A program made the translations under genes and the position numbers. A stretch of 64,000 bases of DNA from Pristiophorus japonicus (lineage: Eukaryota): assembly GCF_044704955.1 (NCBI RefSeq), contig NC_091999.1, positions 65,534,001-65,598,000 of the forward strand, in the 5' to 3' direction. Every line of letters starts with the position of its first letter. The first letter of the stretch is position 1. Below are positions 37,755-49,765 of this stretch, piece by piece. The notes under the pieces were generated by a model that saw only the letters and a program-made list of their open reading frames with translations, made no database searches and had not been told where the DNA came from.

Positions 37755-38092
37755 CTAAGTAATATTATCAAGTTGAAGGCGTATGGAATCAGTTACACGT
37801 TGAGTATGCGTAAGCAATGAACGCAATCTACTCCTAAGAATACATTCAAGCAGTAATAACGCGACGAGTAAGACAACGATCAGTGTTAGTTTTTAGGAAT
37901 TGAGCCAAACGAGTTAGGTCTGCAGTGGAAGGAATGTTAGTACTTGTCTTGAGTACGATCAGTGTTAGCTAACCTATCGGCCATCCTAGACGGCCATCCC
38001 ATGCTGTATTTGAGGATGGAAGTAGCACAGTCACAGACAACGAGACACAGAGACTGGTACGAGTTGGTAAGTCGCCATTTTGGGCAGAATTC
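37755..38092 (-). pseudogene. env: Probable env remnant (splice acceptor + transmembrane anchor and tail)
   Basis: CTTCCTCCCACAG|G acceptor after integrase; LTLIVVLLVALLLLECILRSRLRSLL hydrophobic-then-basic segment just before the PPT. Confidence 0.5.
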
Positions 38093-38124
38093 CTGTGGGA
38101 GGAAGCATAGGTATGTTAATTCAG

Positions 38125-39840
38125 CCCCGTTTAATCAATTTACCCTTGTCAACACAGAGAGGACTTTCTTGACCAGTCAGGAGCACTCAATACGTGTTTC
38201 CTTCTCCTATCTCTAAAATTTCCCCTGCTTGCAAGTGTTTCTGGGGGTACTGCACCCACACTTTTCCTCCTTCATAAACTGTGTCCTGAGTCTGATTTTC
38301 TTTTTCAATAAGCCTAACATGCGGCTTATGGGAGTTCCCCCCCCCCCGCCACGGTCGGTGATTCAAATAGCGCACTTCTTGTGGTAAGGCTTTTAACCAC
38401 CCTTGCAATGTGTTAATGGGAGTGAACCTGTTGCTTAAGTACTCCATTCATACGTTCTATTAACCCTGCAGCTTGCAGATAGTATGGTATGTGGAACATC
38501 CAATAGATACCGTTGTCTACCGCCCACTGTTGCACTGTTTGACTTCTGACGTGCGACCCATTATCGGACTGTACTTCTGCTGGCTCACCATAGTATGTGA
38601 TTAAATTCTCCAGTCCTTTAATCGTACTTTGTTGATTCGCTTTAGTCACTGAATAAGCTATCTAAGGTCCAGAATAGGTATCAACAGCTGTGAGCAAATA
38701 TTGGAACCGTTGTTGCAATGATAAACGTCCTACATAATGAACTTGCCATATTTGAGCTGGTTGACTCCCTCTCTTAATATGGGCACCGGTTCGTCATTGT
38801 AGGGGAAAATTCTTCACCTTTTGACAAATTTCACAGATGTTTATGATCTGTTTAACACCGTCCGTAGTCAAATGTAAGCCCCTATTTCGTGCCCATTGTA
38901 TCGTACCCTGAATGACCACATGTCTAGATTTGTGGTGAGTCCACTTACCTCTGCCATATTCTTCCTCTTCCGCCTCTTTGACAGCCCGTACCCGGGCTAT
39001 ATTATCAATGGTATTATTATACTCAAAGGTCTTTGAAGTGTTTTTCATGTGAGCGTCCACATGCTATACAGTTATTTTCACCTTTGGGCTTTGGGCCATA
39101 TTTGTTCATAGATGCTTTCCCAACAAGTCTTTCCTAGTTATTTGCCAGTTATGTTCATGTCAGTTTTGCATCCAGCTCGTCATGCCATTGTCTAATGATC
39201 ATGAGTCAGTATGTATGTGCACTTGTTGCTGTTCCTCTTCTAACGCAAGGGCTACAGCTGGTAGTTATGCTAGCTGTCAGGAGCCTCCCATGCTCTCATC
39301 ATGCAGAATTGTCTGGGTTTTTGGATTGAAGGCAGCGGCTCGCCATCGCCGAAGGCCGTTTCGCCAGACCGCTGAGCCATCTGTGAACCAGACATGGCTA
39401 TGTTCAAAAGACACGCCCCAGGAGATCGGTGACTGTTTGGTTAAACGGACAGACGACTGTGTAAGTTCACTCTCTGCTGTTTGTGGTTATTCAGCCACAT
39501 GCTCATGTAGTCGGGTGATTCTTTCTTTCCCTTTATTTGCTCTGTCTGCCGTATACCATTTCCAGCGCACTATGGAGTTTTGCTGCGCTCGCCCGACCTT
39601 GTGTGTCTCATTGGCGTCGTTGATTTCCGCATACCACTCCGCATCTTCTTCAGACAGCTGCTCTGCTATAGTTACTACATCTGGGACAGCGATTGCCAGG
39701 GGAGGGGCAAAGGTGTTCAGTTGTCGGTAGTCCACAGTCATCCTCCAACTTTTGTAGGGTTTCTGCACAGGCCAAACAGGCTATTGTAAGGGCACACCGC
39801 ACGTCTAATGATACTCGGCCCCAAGAGCCCTTGTATTGTT
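38125..39840 (-). pseudogene. pol: ERV pol remnant (RT N-terminus fused by deletion to tether/RNase H, then integrase)
   Basis: ORFs 39487-39768, 38794-39060, 38413-38649 and 38187-38447 carry RT, RNase H and IN motifs; the YxDD region is absent. Confidence 0.88.
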
Positions 39841-40073
39841 TCCCTTGTAAGGTTCACACATTCTGAAGACTTCCCACATGCAGGACAACACTACGAAGGG
39901 TGGGTTAAAAAAAAAATTCATTCTCTTTGAAAAAGTGGGTGTAGCTAAAAGAAACATGCAACTCCATTATTTTTCCAAACAGGTTTCAGACACATGAACA
40001 ATGAATTCCGCATTCTAAAATTCACAAAAAGCACTTTCATTCACAGACAGTCATTCACAAAGTATTTCTTCAT

Positions 40074-41267
40074 TCAACAAAGCTGCTTATGGTTGCTTCC
40101 CTGCCAGGTAAGTAATCGGAATGTGTGGCCACAGATCCTCTGGAGCTTGGATTGATGTGGTTCGAACGGGGAGTGCTCCCGGATCCCGGCCACACCCCTA
40201 ATCGAGGTGACTTCTACATCCTGTAACTGTCCTAACAATAGGCAAGTGTGCCCCACCCGCTTCCCTTGGGCTGGTCCCAATAATGCGAGTAGCTCACCCC
40301 TCATCGTAGGAAGGCCACTCTTCATCAGCCTGCTCCGCATTCCTGCCGTAATAGCTCCTGTTCTGGCCCACAGATTGTTGGTGATATATTCCTCCCTGTG
40401 TTGCCATGCTGCGCAACTGTATCGCACCCTCCACCATAGTATTCCAAGGTTTTACCTCCCCTTCCCAATCCAAGGCAGAGTGCTTTTTTTGCCAGATTCC
40501 GATAGTAATCAATTTTTGTAACTCACTAGTGGTGAAGTCACGCACCCCTCTAGTGGTTACCGGCTGTTCCCTATTTTGCTGTTTCGTCTTATTTGTCATA
40601 AGGGATTTAACTTCCGTGCTCGGAGCGTATGGGGAGGGTCTGTCATTTCCTCCCGTTTACCCGCCCATCTCTCCATTTTTTCCCGCTAGTATACGTTCCC
40701 CACATGATTTTGCATTGCCTTTTAAACACTCACTGGGATCTAATTGAGCAAGTCCATACCACATGCAGCAGCAAATACAAAATATATATTTAAATCCAGC
40801 TGTAAGTTCCGTCGTCCAGCTTTGTTTTTATTTTGTACTGTCGCCAGACGGCAAATTAACGTTTCCGATTTTTCATTGACGTTGTCCGCCTGCTCTTTTG
40901 CAGTGCAGACCGCTTCAGTCAGGGTCGAGTTTTGACTTTCCAAAACCTTAGCGACTGTTTTTAACTGTAGGTTTTCTGCCCCACTTTCCTTCAGTTGTTT
41001 ACACGTCGCCCTTAAGGCTATCAACAAAATCCATCCAATTTGTGGGGGACTATTTTGCTCCTGTGGGAAGCCCGCTTTCTCCAGGAGAGACAGCACCGCG
41101 TGGGGTACGGCTCTATCTGTGTTCTGTTCCAATAACGGCATATCCCAATGTTGCGGGGGTCCAAACCTGGCGAGAGAACCAAAACGCTCATCCCTCGTGC
41201 TCCACCCTGGTATTCTATACTTCTCTCCCGCAGGAGGAGACTGCTTCTTGTCTTTTCTCTTCAACAT
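40074..41267 (-). pseudogene. gag: ERV gag remnant
   Basis: ATG at 41267; coiled-coil-like N-terminal half; RDFTTSEL and MRSRL...LLALL segments resembling ERV-L gag; stops and frameshifts. Confidence 0.65.
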
Positions 41268-41274
41268 TTTAGCA

Positions 41275-41293
41275 GATCCTGTTCGTGGCGCCA
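41275..41293 (-). promoter_or_regulatory. Primer binding site, tRNA-Lys-like
   Basis: TGGCGCCACGAACAGGATC, 3 nt after the 5' LTR; compare the tRNA-Lys3 PBS TGGCGCCCGAACAGGGAC. Confidence 0.75.
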
Positions 41294-41296
41294 AAA

Positions 41297-41846
41297 TGTT
41301 ATGGATCAATAATAATAGACCGAGGTTCGGGCTCTGGATGAATGCTAAATAAGAGACAAGACAAATGACAAATGAAGTAAAGAATGAGGTACCGTTTACT
41401 GAGAGAAAACAAACATTAATAATACAGGTTACAAAGAAAAGAGAAGTATGATCAGATGCAACAACGCCCACGGCCTTCTGCCCGTCGGGATCTCCACAAG
41501 CGACAGCTGATCTGGAGCATTGGGGGTCCCGGCACCGCTCGCCAATCACGGTCCAAGGCGAAGTTCAAAGAGCTACGGGACAGTGCTGTACCTTTATACC
41601 ATCAAATAAACATACTATTGAACAAAACATGGGCGCATGTGGCTTATAGCCAACTCCTAATCTGTAAGGCCCCAGGTGCTTGTCCACAAAGCATTAGACC
41701 TCGAGCCGCGGACCGTCTCATAACAAGCTGGTGTGCGTCTCAAGGTCGCTTTCTCTCTCTTTCTATTCACGAAGCATGCAGCAGAGACACACTACGAATG
41801 ACTAAATATCATAATTAACTCTATGTGATTAAGCCCATACAATACA
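41297..41846 (-). repeat. ERV 5' LTR
   Basis: TGTATTG...ATAACA on the minus strand; TATAAA at 41598-41593; AGTAAA poly(A)-signal variant at ~41395-41400. Confidence 0.92.
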
Positions 41847-44800
41847 CCCCATAACCCGTTACTCCCTGATGGCTCAAAAATCTGTCAATCTATGCCTAAA
41901 CTATATTCTATGACTCACGCTCCACAACTCTCTGGGTAGAGAATTCTACAGATTTATAACGAATTGAGGGAAGAAAGTTCTCCTCATCTCAGTTTGCAGT
42001 CGGCGGTCCCTTATTCTGAGACTATCTTCCGAATTTTAGTTTCACCTCTGAGTGGAAATATGCTCGCTGCATCTACCGCGTCACGCCCCCTCGTTATCTT
42101 TTGTTTCATTAAGATCACCTCTCATTCTTCTGAACTCCAATGTGTATAGGCCCAACCTGTTCACCTATCCTCATAAGACAACGCGCTGATTTCCGGAATC
42201 AACCTAGTGAACCTTCACTGAACAGCCTCATATCCAATTATCGTTCCTTATATACGGAGACTAAAACTGAATGCAGTACTCCATGTGTGGCATCAACAAT
42301 ACCCTGCGCAGTTGCAGCAGCACTTCGCTGCTTTTATACTCTGTCCCACTTGCAATAAATGTCAAGATTCATAATGCCTTCGTGATATGTTGCTGTACCT
42401 GCATACTAACGTTGTATGTGTCATGCACAAGGACCCGCAGGTCTCTCTGTACTGCAGCAATTTGCAATTTTTCTCCATTAATTTGAAATTTTCTTTTCTA
42501 TTATTTCTGCCAAAGTGGGTAACCTCTCATTTTCCCACATTATACTCCATCTCCCAATTTTTGCCCTCTCATTTTGCCTGTCTATATACCTTTGCAGATT
42601 TTTTGTGTCCTCCTAAGAATTTGTTTTCCCGCCCATCTTTGTAACATCATCAAACTTGTCTACATTACACTCGGTCCCTTCATCCAACTCATTAATATAG
42701 ATGAAAGGAATAGAGGACCCAGCACTGAGCCATGTGGAATACACTAGTCACTCTTTGCCAAGGGCAAAATGACTTATTTATCTGGACTCTCTGCAATCTC
42801 TTAATAAACCAATCTCCTATCCATGCTCGTATATTACCCCAACCCCGTGAGATTTTCATTTGTGCAGTCGCCTCTTATGCGACACCTCATTGAATGCTTT
42901 CTGCAAATTAAAATGCACCACATCCACTGGTTCCCCCGATCCAACTTGCTCCTTACTTCGCCAAAGACCTCCAGCAAATTTGACAAGCATAATTTCACTT
43001 TCATAAAACCAGGCTGACTCTACTTGATTGAATCATGCTTTTCCAATTGTCCCACTACTGTTTCCTTCATAATGGAATGTCCCAATGACACATGTTTGGC
43101 TAACTGATCTAGAGTTTCCTGTTTTTTTTCTGCTTCATTTTTAATAGTGCGTTACATTTGCGGCTTTCCAATCCGCTGGGACCGCCCTAGAATCCAGGGA
43201 ATTTTGGTAGATTACAAACAATGCATCCACTATCATTGCAACCATTTCTCTCAAGACTCTAGGATGAACGCCATAATGTCCAATTGACTTGTCTGCCATT
43301 ATTCCCATTATTTTACAATTAATACTTCATTAGTGAAAGTGATTGTATTAAGTTCTTCCCCACCTATAGCCCCTTGATTATTCCGCCCATCTCACCCTCC
43401 AGGGGACCAACAATTACTTTAGCCACACTTTACCTTTTTATATATCTGTCGAAACTCTTATTATCTGCTTTTCTATTTCGTGTTACTTTATTTTCATAAT
43501 CTATCTTCCTCTCTAAAACTTTTTAAGTCGTCCTCTGCTGGTAATTAAAAATGTCCGAACCCTATGGCCTCCCACTAGTTTTGGCCAAATTGTATGCATT
43601 TGTTTTCAGTTTGATACCCGCCCATATTTCCTTAGTTAGCCACGGACGGTTATCTCTTCTCCTGCAGTCTTTTCTTCTCATTGCGATATATTTTGTTGCG
43701 AGTTATAAAATATCTCCTAAAATGTTTGCCACTGCTCATCACCCATCCGATTTTTTAGTATATTTTCCCAGCCCACTCCATTGCAGCCAACTCTGCACTG
43801 ATCCTTTTGTAATCTCCTTTACTTAAGTTTAGGACCCTAGTTTGAGAACCAACTTTCTCACCCTCCAACTGAATTACAAATTCAACCATATTATGGTCTT
43901 TCATTGTGAGCGGATCTTTTACGATGGGATCATTTATCAATCCTGCCTCATTACACAGCACTAGATCTAAGATAGCCTGCTCCCTGATTCCTTCCGCAAC
44001 GTACTGTTCAAGGAAACTATTCCAGATACACTCTATGGAGTCCTCCTCAAGGCTACCCTGGCCAATTTGCTTTGTCCAATCAAATGAAGGTTAAGATCAC
44101 CTATGATTATTGCGATTCCTTTATTACAAGCCTCCATTATTTCTTGATTTTTATTCCATCCAACAATGTTGCGAGTGTTAGGGGGCCTACAGACTATGCC
44201 CACCAGCGAATTGTTCCCTCATTATTCCTAATCTCCTCACAAACAGATTCAACATCTTGATCCTCTGCGCCAATATTGTTTCTTTTTAATGCATTGATCC
44301 CAACCTTTGTTAAAAGCGCTACCCTACCTTCTTTTCCATTCTGTCTGTCCTTCCGAATTGTCAAATACAATGAATATATTAAATTCCCATTCCTGGTCAC
44401 CTTGCAACCACTTCTCTGTAATGGCGATTAGATCATACACATTTGCAACTATTTGTGCTGTCAACTCATCTATTTTGTTACGAATGGTATGTGCATTTAG
44501 ACAAAGAGCTATTAAATGTGTTTTTTTTTTACCCGGTTTTCCTGCTATTTTCCACTGTCCATCAAACTCACTTTCTACTTTTTGCTTTCTACTTCCAGTT
44601 TTACTTCCCTCCCAACTGAATGTATTCTCAGGTTCCCATGCCTCTGCCAAGCTAGTTTAAACCCTCCCCAAAAGCACGAGCAAAACTCCTACCCACCGCC
44701 CTCCTCCACCCACCCCGTCAACACCCCCGCCCCCGTGAGGATGTTGGTCCCGGCTCTGTTGAGGTGCAACCCTTCTGGCTTGTACACCTCCACGAGAAAC

Positions 44801-44919
44801 AGTCCGAATGCGTCAGGAATCGAAAGCCCTCCCTCCTGCAGCATCTACCCAGCCACACATTCATCTGCTCTATCCTCCTTTGCTGTACTCACTAGCTCAT
44901 GGCATCGGGAGTAATTTTA

Positions 44920-45062
44920 AATATTACACGAGACCATGTCCCTGTTTATAATGACACAAAACCCTGTCTCGGCTTATATTACATTCGACACTGCCTCTAT
45001 TTATATTACACTTGACCCTGTCCCTTTTTATATTACAATAGACAGTATCTCTGTTTATAAAT
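44920..45062 (-). repeat. 27-bp minisatellite, short array
   Basis: About five reverse units TATATTACAC..GACCCTGTC. Confidence 0.85.
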
Positions 45063-46250
45063 AGAAGTATAGAGTACAAAAGCGTGGATTGTATGATGAA
45101 CCTGTACAAAACAATGCTTCGTCCTCAACTGGAGTATTATGCACAATTTTGTGCAATGCAATTTAGGAATAACGTGAAAAACTTGGAGATTTACGAGAAT
45201 GATTCCAGGGATAAGGGACTTCAGTAACATCGACAAGCTCAAGAAGGTGGAGTTTAAAGCGGGAAGAGTATAAAAGCGGAAAAGTCCTCCTACAACTGTA
45301 CAGGCTATTGATGAGGCCACATCTGGAGTACTGCGTACAGCTTTGGTCTCTCTATTGCAGGAAGGATATACTTTCGATGGAGGCAGTTCAGGGAAGGTTC
45401 ACTCGTTTGATGAGGGGGTTGACTTATGAAGAAATGTTGAGTAGTTTGGGCTTATACTCATTGGAGTTGAGAAGAATGAAAGATGATCATATTGAAATAT
45501 AAAACATACTGGGCGGCTTGAAAAGGTGGATGCAGAGAGGATGTTTCCACTCATCGGGGAATCTATAACTAGGGGGCATAGTTTCAGATTAAAGGGTCGC
45601 GCATTTAAAGCTGAGATGAGGGGGAATTTGTTCTCTCAGAGGGTTGTGAATCTGTGAAATTCTGTGCCACAGAGATCTGTGGAGGCTGGGTCATAAATAT
45701 ATTTATGGCTGAGAGACAGATTTTTGAGCGATATGGGAGTAAGGCGCTATGGGGATCAGTTCAACCACGATATTGATTGATGGAGCAGGCTCGAGGGGCC
45801 AAATATTCTACTCCTGCTGTTATTTTTTATGTTCTTATGTTCTCCTTAGAGCAGGGAAGATTCAGAGGATATTGGATAGAGGTGCTCAAAATCAAGAGGG
45901 GTCTTGCCAGAATAGATAGAGAGACTGCTCCCATTGGCAGAAGGGTCGAGACCCAGAGGACACAGATTTAAGATGATTGGCAAAAGAACCAAAGGCGACA
46001 CGAGAAAAAACATTTTGCATAGCGAGTGTTTAATATCTGGAATGCTGGGCCTGAAAGAGTGGTAGAAGCAGATTAAATCACAGCTTTCAAAAGGGATTTG
46101 GATGAGTACCTGAAAGAAAAGCATTTGCAGGGCTGTGGGGTAAGGGCGGGGGAGTGGTACTAGCTGAAATGCTCTTGCAGAGAATTGGCATGGGCTCGAC
46201 GGTCCGAATAGTCTTGTTCCGTGCTGTAACCATTCACTGATTCTATGGTT
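45062..46250 (+). mobile_element. Nested CR1 3' fragments (45260-45840 inserted into an older CR1)
   Basis: Two successive RP.LEY motifs; the outer element resumes at TCTCCTTAGAGCAG (45841) after the inner tail. Confidence 0.7.
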
Positions 46251-46624
46251 CTTACTCTTTCAGCATAAGCCTCTGTTCCCGTCTCCTTCATTTGCTGATC
46301 TTAAGTGCTTCGATAGTGGAAACACAGCGCGACCTATCCAGAGCAGCTCTGTATCAGGGTGGGCGCTGGATATGGAAGTCCTTCCCTGGCCTCCTGTGTG
46401 GGTCTTTTTGTTGCATCATTTTGAGCTGGAGTGGATAGGGTGGCGAAGCTGCTGGGTTTAACACCCAATGCCTCTGAGACTAGTCGGGCTCAACAATTTC
46501 CGTTGAGAGACTGTCAACGGCAGTGGATCCTAGGGGAGATTAGGTTGCAAAACTGACACTGGCCGCAAAATGTAGAAGAGTGTTATTTTAGGAACAATTA
46601 TTTCTGTCGAGGCTTTCAATATAC

Positions 46625-46950
46625 AGATTTGTTTTGATCCATTCTTGGGATGTGGATGTCACCAGTAGGGCCAGAATATATTTCCAATTTCCATTTGCCC
46701 ATTGACAAGAAGTTCGTGGGCCATATCGAACCGCTGCAATCCGTGTGATGAAGGTCCTCCCACAATGCTGTTAGGTGAGGAGTTCCAGGAAGTTCACCAG
46801 TAACGATATAGGAATGGCGATATATGCCCAAGTCAGGATGGTGTGAGACTTGGAGGGGAACTTGGAGGTGATGGATTTCCCATGCATCTGCTGCCCTGCT
46901 CAATCTAGGTGAGAGAGGTTGTGGGTTTGGGAGATTCTGTCAAAGTTCTG
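46625..46950 (-). mobile_element. 3' end of the same LINE family as 8130-11195
   Basis: Reverse complement matches the CTAACAGCACTGT.GG..ACCTTCAC..CGGA.TGCAGCGGTTC and ACATCCCA tail. Confidence 0.65.
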
Positions 46951-47345
46951 GTCGTGTTGCAGATGTATAAATTCACTCCCCTACGCCCCGCCCACCTCTC
47001 CCTCCTCTCATAGAGGCCAGAGTCTTGTGTAGGCCCAGACCGGGTGGTGGGTCCCCTTCCCTGTGGGACATTAGTGACCAGTTGGGATATTACGACAATC
47101 TAACATGCTCACTTTGTTTCTGCTGATGGCTGCACAAATAGCCAGGCTCAGTAAGCTCAATTTTACAACTTGCCTTTGTGTTTTTGTGGGTTCTCTCTCA
47201 CCCATTATTTTTCCTGTTTGAAGCTCACTTTAAAGGGTATTAAAAGGGTATGATCTGTCGAGCAGGGGCTCAAACCAAACATCACATTAAGATCGAACAG
47301 ACTCACTCGATTCATCGATTAACAGAATATCATTGGCCTTTGACC

Positions 47346-47803
47346 ATGGATGCAAAAAGCACTATTCACAGTTGGGATAAACTGTACACGTGCTCTTTGT
47401 GACGACAAGGCTTCAGCCGATCATCCAACCTGGAGAGACACAAGTGCAGTCACACTGGGGATAAACCGTGTAAATTTGGGGACTGTGGGAAAGGTTTCAA
47501 CTACCCATTCCAGCTGGAAACACATCGGCGAGTTCACACTGGGGAGAGGCCATGCAGCTCTTCTGCGTGTGGGGAGGGATTCACTCCGTCATCCATCCTG
47601 CCATCCTGCTGAGACACTAGCGAGTTCACATTGGGGAAACTCCGTTCACCTGCACTGAGGGTGGGAAGGGATTCACTCGGTCATCCACCCTGCTGATGCA
47701 GTAGTGAGTTCACACTGTGTAGAGGCCTTTCAACTGCTCTGAGTGTGGGAAGGTATTCAATACGTTAGCCCACGTGTTCAGGCACCAGCGAGTTCACAAG
47801 TGA
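47346..47803 (+). pseudogene. C2H2 zinc-finger pseudogene, five fingers
   Basis: [68 protein letters not shown]...; several stops, lost Cys/His ligands, 8-bp duplication CCATCCTG at 47593-47608; AATAAA at ~47945. Confidence 0.9.
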
Positions 47804-48539
47804 CTGCAGGGGTGGAATGTTGCTGTTGTTGCTGCTGTTAATCACATCCCGACTGAACCATGTTCATTCTGACAGTTGGGGTTTGATTCCGCTGGTATTA
47901 ACACTCCTGTACCTGGGCTGGATATTAATATTTGGGTACAGACAAATAAATGCGTGTTGCTTTCAATACATTGCTGTAGATATTTGGCTTTCCCACCCGA
48001 GTGTTTAGCATCACCTGGCTGGAGCTCAGAGCGGACAATCTGGTGGAGGATCGTATGGGTGGAGACCTTCAGCCTGGACGCAGTCGTTGAGGGGCAAACG
48101 TTAAAATCATTGATGTATACCACAAGAGTTAAGGGACCTGCTACTGAGACCTGCGGTACACGACTGAAAACAGCCTTCCTTTCACTAAAACACCCATCGA
48201 CCATTATGTTCTGCTTCGTACCACTGAGCCAATTTTTGATCCAATTTGCCACCCTTGGAATCCATGCGCTTTTATTTTTTTGACCAACAGGCATTACGTT
48301 ACTTTGCAAAAAGCCGTGAATATTCATCAAAGATACTATCCTCATCTACACTCTTTGTTATCAACTGAAAGTGCAATCAAGTTAGTCAGACACGACCTTA
48401 CATGAGCAATTCCATGCTAAGCCGTCCTTGATTAATCCGTGGCTTTCTAAATGATGATTATTGTGCCCCTCAGATTTCTTACCAATAATGTGTCCACCGC
48501 CAAGGTTAGGCTGCCTGATGTGTAGTTACAGAATTATAA

Positions 48540-49765
48540 CCTGTCTATATTTAACTTATGTTCGACCCTATATCAATTATACTGACTAGACATGGTCACT
48601 TTCTTCATTACACTAGACCATTTATCTGATTATATCACACTGTCTCTGATTACAAAATACTGGACTATGTCCCTTTTTATGTTACACTGTGTCTGTTCCA
48701 ATTAGTCCACAACCTTCCTCTGAAAAAACTGCAAAACACCCCGTCACTGTTTATACCACATTACACCTTGTCTCTGCTTATATTACACTAGACGTAGGCC
48801 CTGCTTATATCCCATTGGACTCTGTCTCTGTTTATATTACACTAGACCCGGCCACTCTTTATATTACACTATATCCTTTCTGTGTATATATTACACTACA
48901 TCATGTTTCTGATTATGTAAAACTAGACCTTGCCTCAATCATTCCTTCATTCGGCCCTGTCTCTTTTTTTACTGCACTAGAGCCTGTCTCTCTTTTTATT
49001 ACACTACACGTTCCGTCTCTTTATATGACACTGGGCCTTGTCTTAGTTATTGCTGCGCCAGTCCAGGTCCCCTTAAATTACACCAATCCCGGCCTCTGTT
49101 TATATTACACGAGACCCAGACTCTGTTTATTTTGCACTGGACCTTGTCTCTGTTTATATTACACGGAATCCTGTCTCAGCTTATATTAGACAACCTCCTT
49201 TTACTGTTTATATTACACTAGGCACTGCCTCTGTTTATATTACACGAGAACCTGTGTCTGTTTACATATTACTCTGGGACCTGTCTCCCTTTATATTACT
49301 CTAGACCCTGTCTATATTTAGTTATATTAGACTCAGTCTCTCTTTATATTACACTTCACCTGTCTCTGCTGATATTACACTAGACCCTGTCTCTGTTTAT
49401 ATTACATTAGACCATGTCTCTGTTTATATTTCACGAGACAATGTCTTTGTTTATATTACACTAGACCCTGTCTTTATTTATATTACACTGGACCATGTCG
49501 CTGTTTATATTACACAAGACCCTATCTCTGTTTATGTTACACTAGAAGCTGTCCCTCTTTGTATTACACTTGACCTGTCTATGTTTATATTACATTAGAC
49601 GCTGTATCTGTTTATATTACATTAGACTCTGTCTCTGATTATATTACACTATATCCTATCTCTCTTTATATTACATTAGACCCTGTCTCTCTTTATATTA
49701 TTCTCGATAATGTCTATGTTTATAATATATTACACTCTGTCTCTGTTTATATTACACTGCACCCT
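48540..49765 (-). repeat. 27-bp minisatellite array (mirror of 4225-6110)
   Basis: Head-to-tail CTGTCTCTGTTTATATTACACTAGACC units. Confidence 0.95.

Larger units (their letters stand above)
37192..41846 (-). mobile_element. Endogenous retrovirus, class III (ERV-L/ERV-S-like), internally deleted
   Basis: Two ~540-550-bp LTRs with TG...CA ends, TSD CCCTA/CCCCA, PBS, PPT AAGGGTGGAT, gag, RT start (WRMTVDYRQLN), RNase H (WFTDGSA), integrase (H..H, CEIC, AVDTYSG, QSDNGSH, IERMNG). Confidence 0.93.
37071..44915 (-). mobile_element. Long CR1 LINE (3' tail at 37071) split by the ERV at 37192-41846
   Basis: (TTCTTATG)n tail at 37071. The sequence resumes in register after 41846 and runs through RT and APE (LNAHTIRNKIDEL..ITEKWL) to the end of ORF1. 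Confidence 0.85.

Noticed and set aside
40740-41549. Glyco-Gag-like N-terminal extension running from the LTR into gag
   Set aside because: The hydrophobic stretch derives from T-rich U5, starts at a non-ATG codon, and the other LTR differs by indels (e.g. a 7-nt CAAATGA duplication), so the open frame is probably chance.
48689-49189. ORFs with repeated YITLDPVSV (also 5182-5451, 5736-6038, 58797-59150)
   Set aside because: The 27-bp unit is a multiple of three, so satellite DNA gives open frames without coding evidence.
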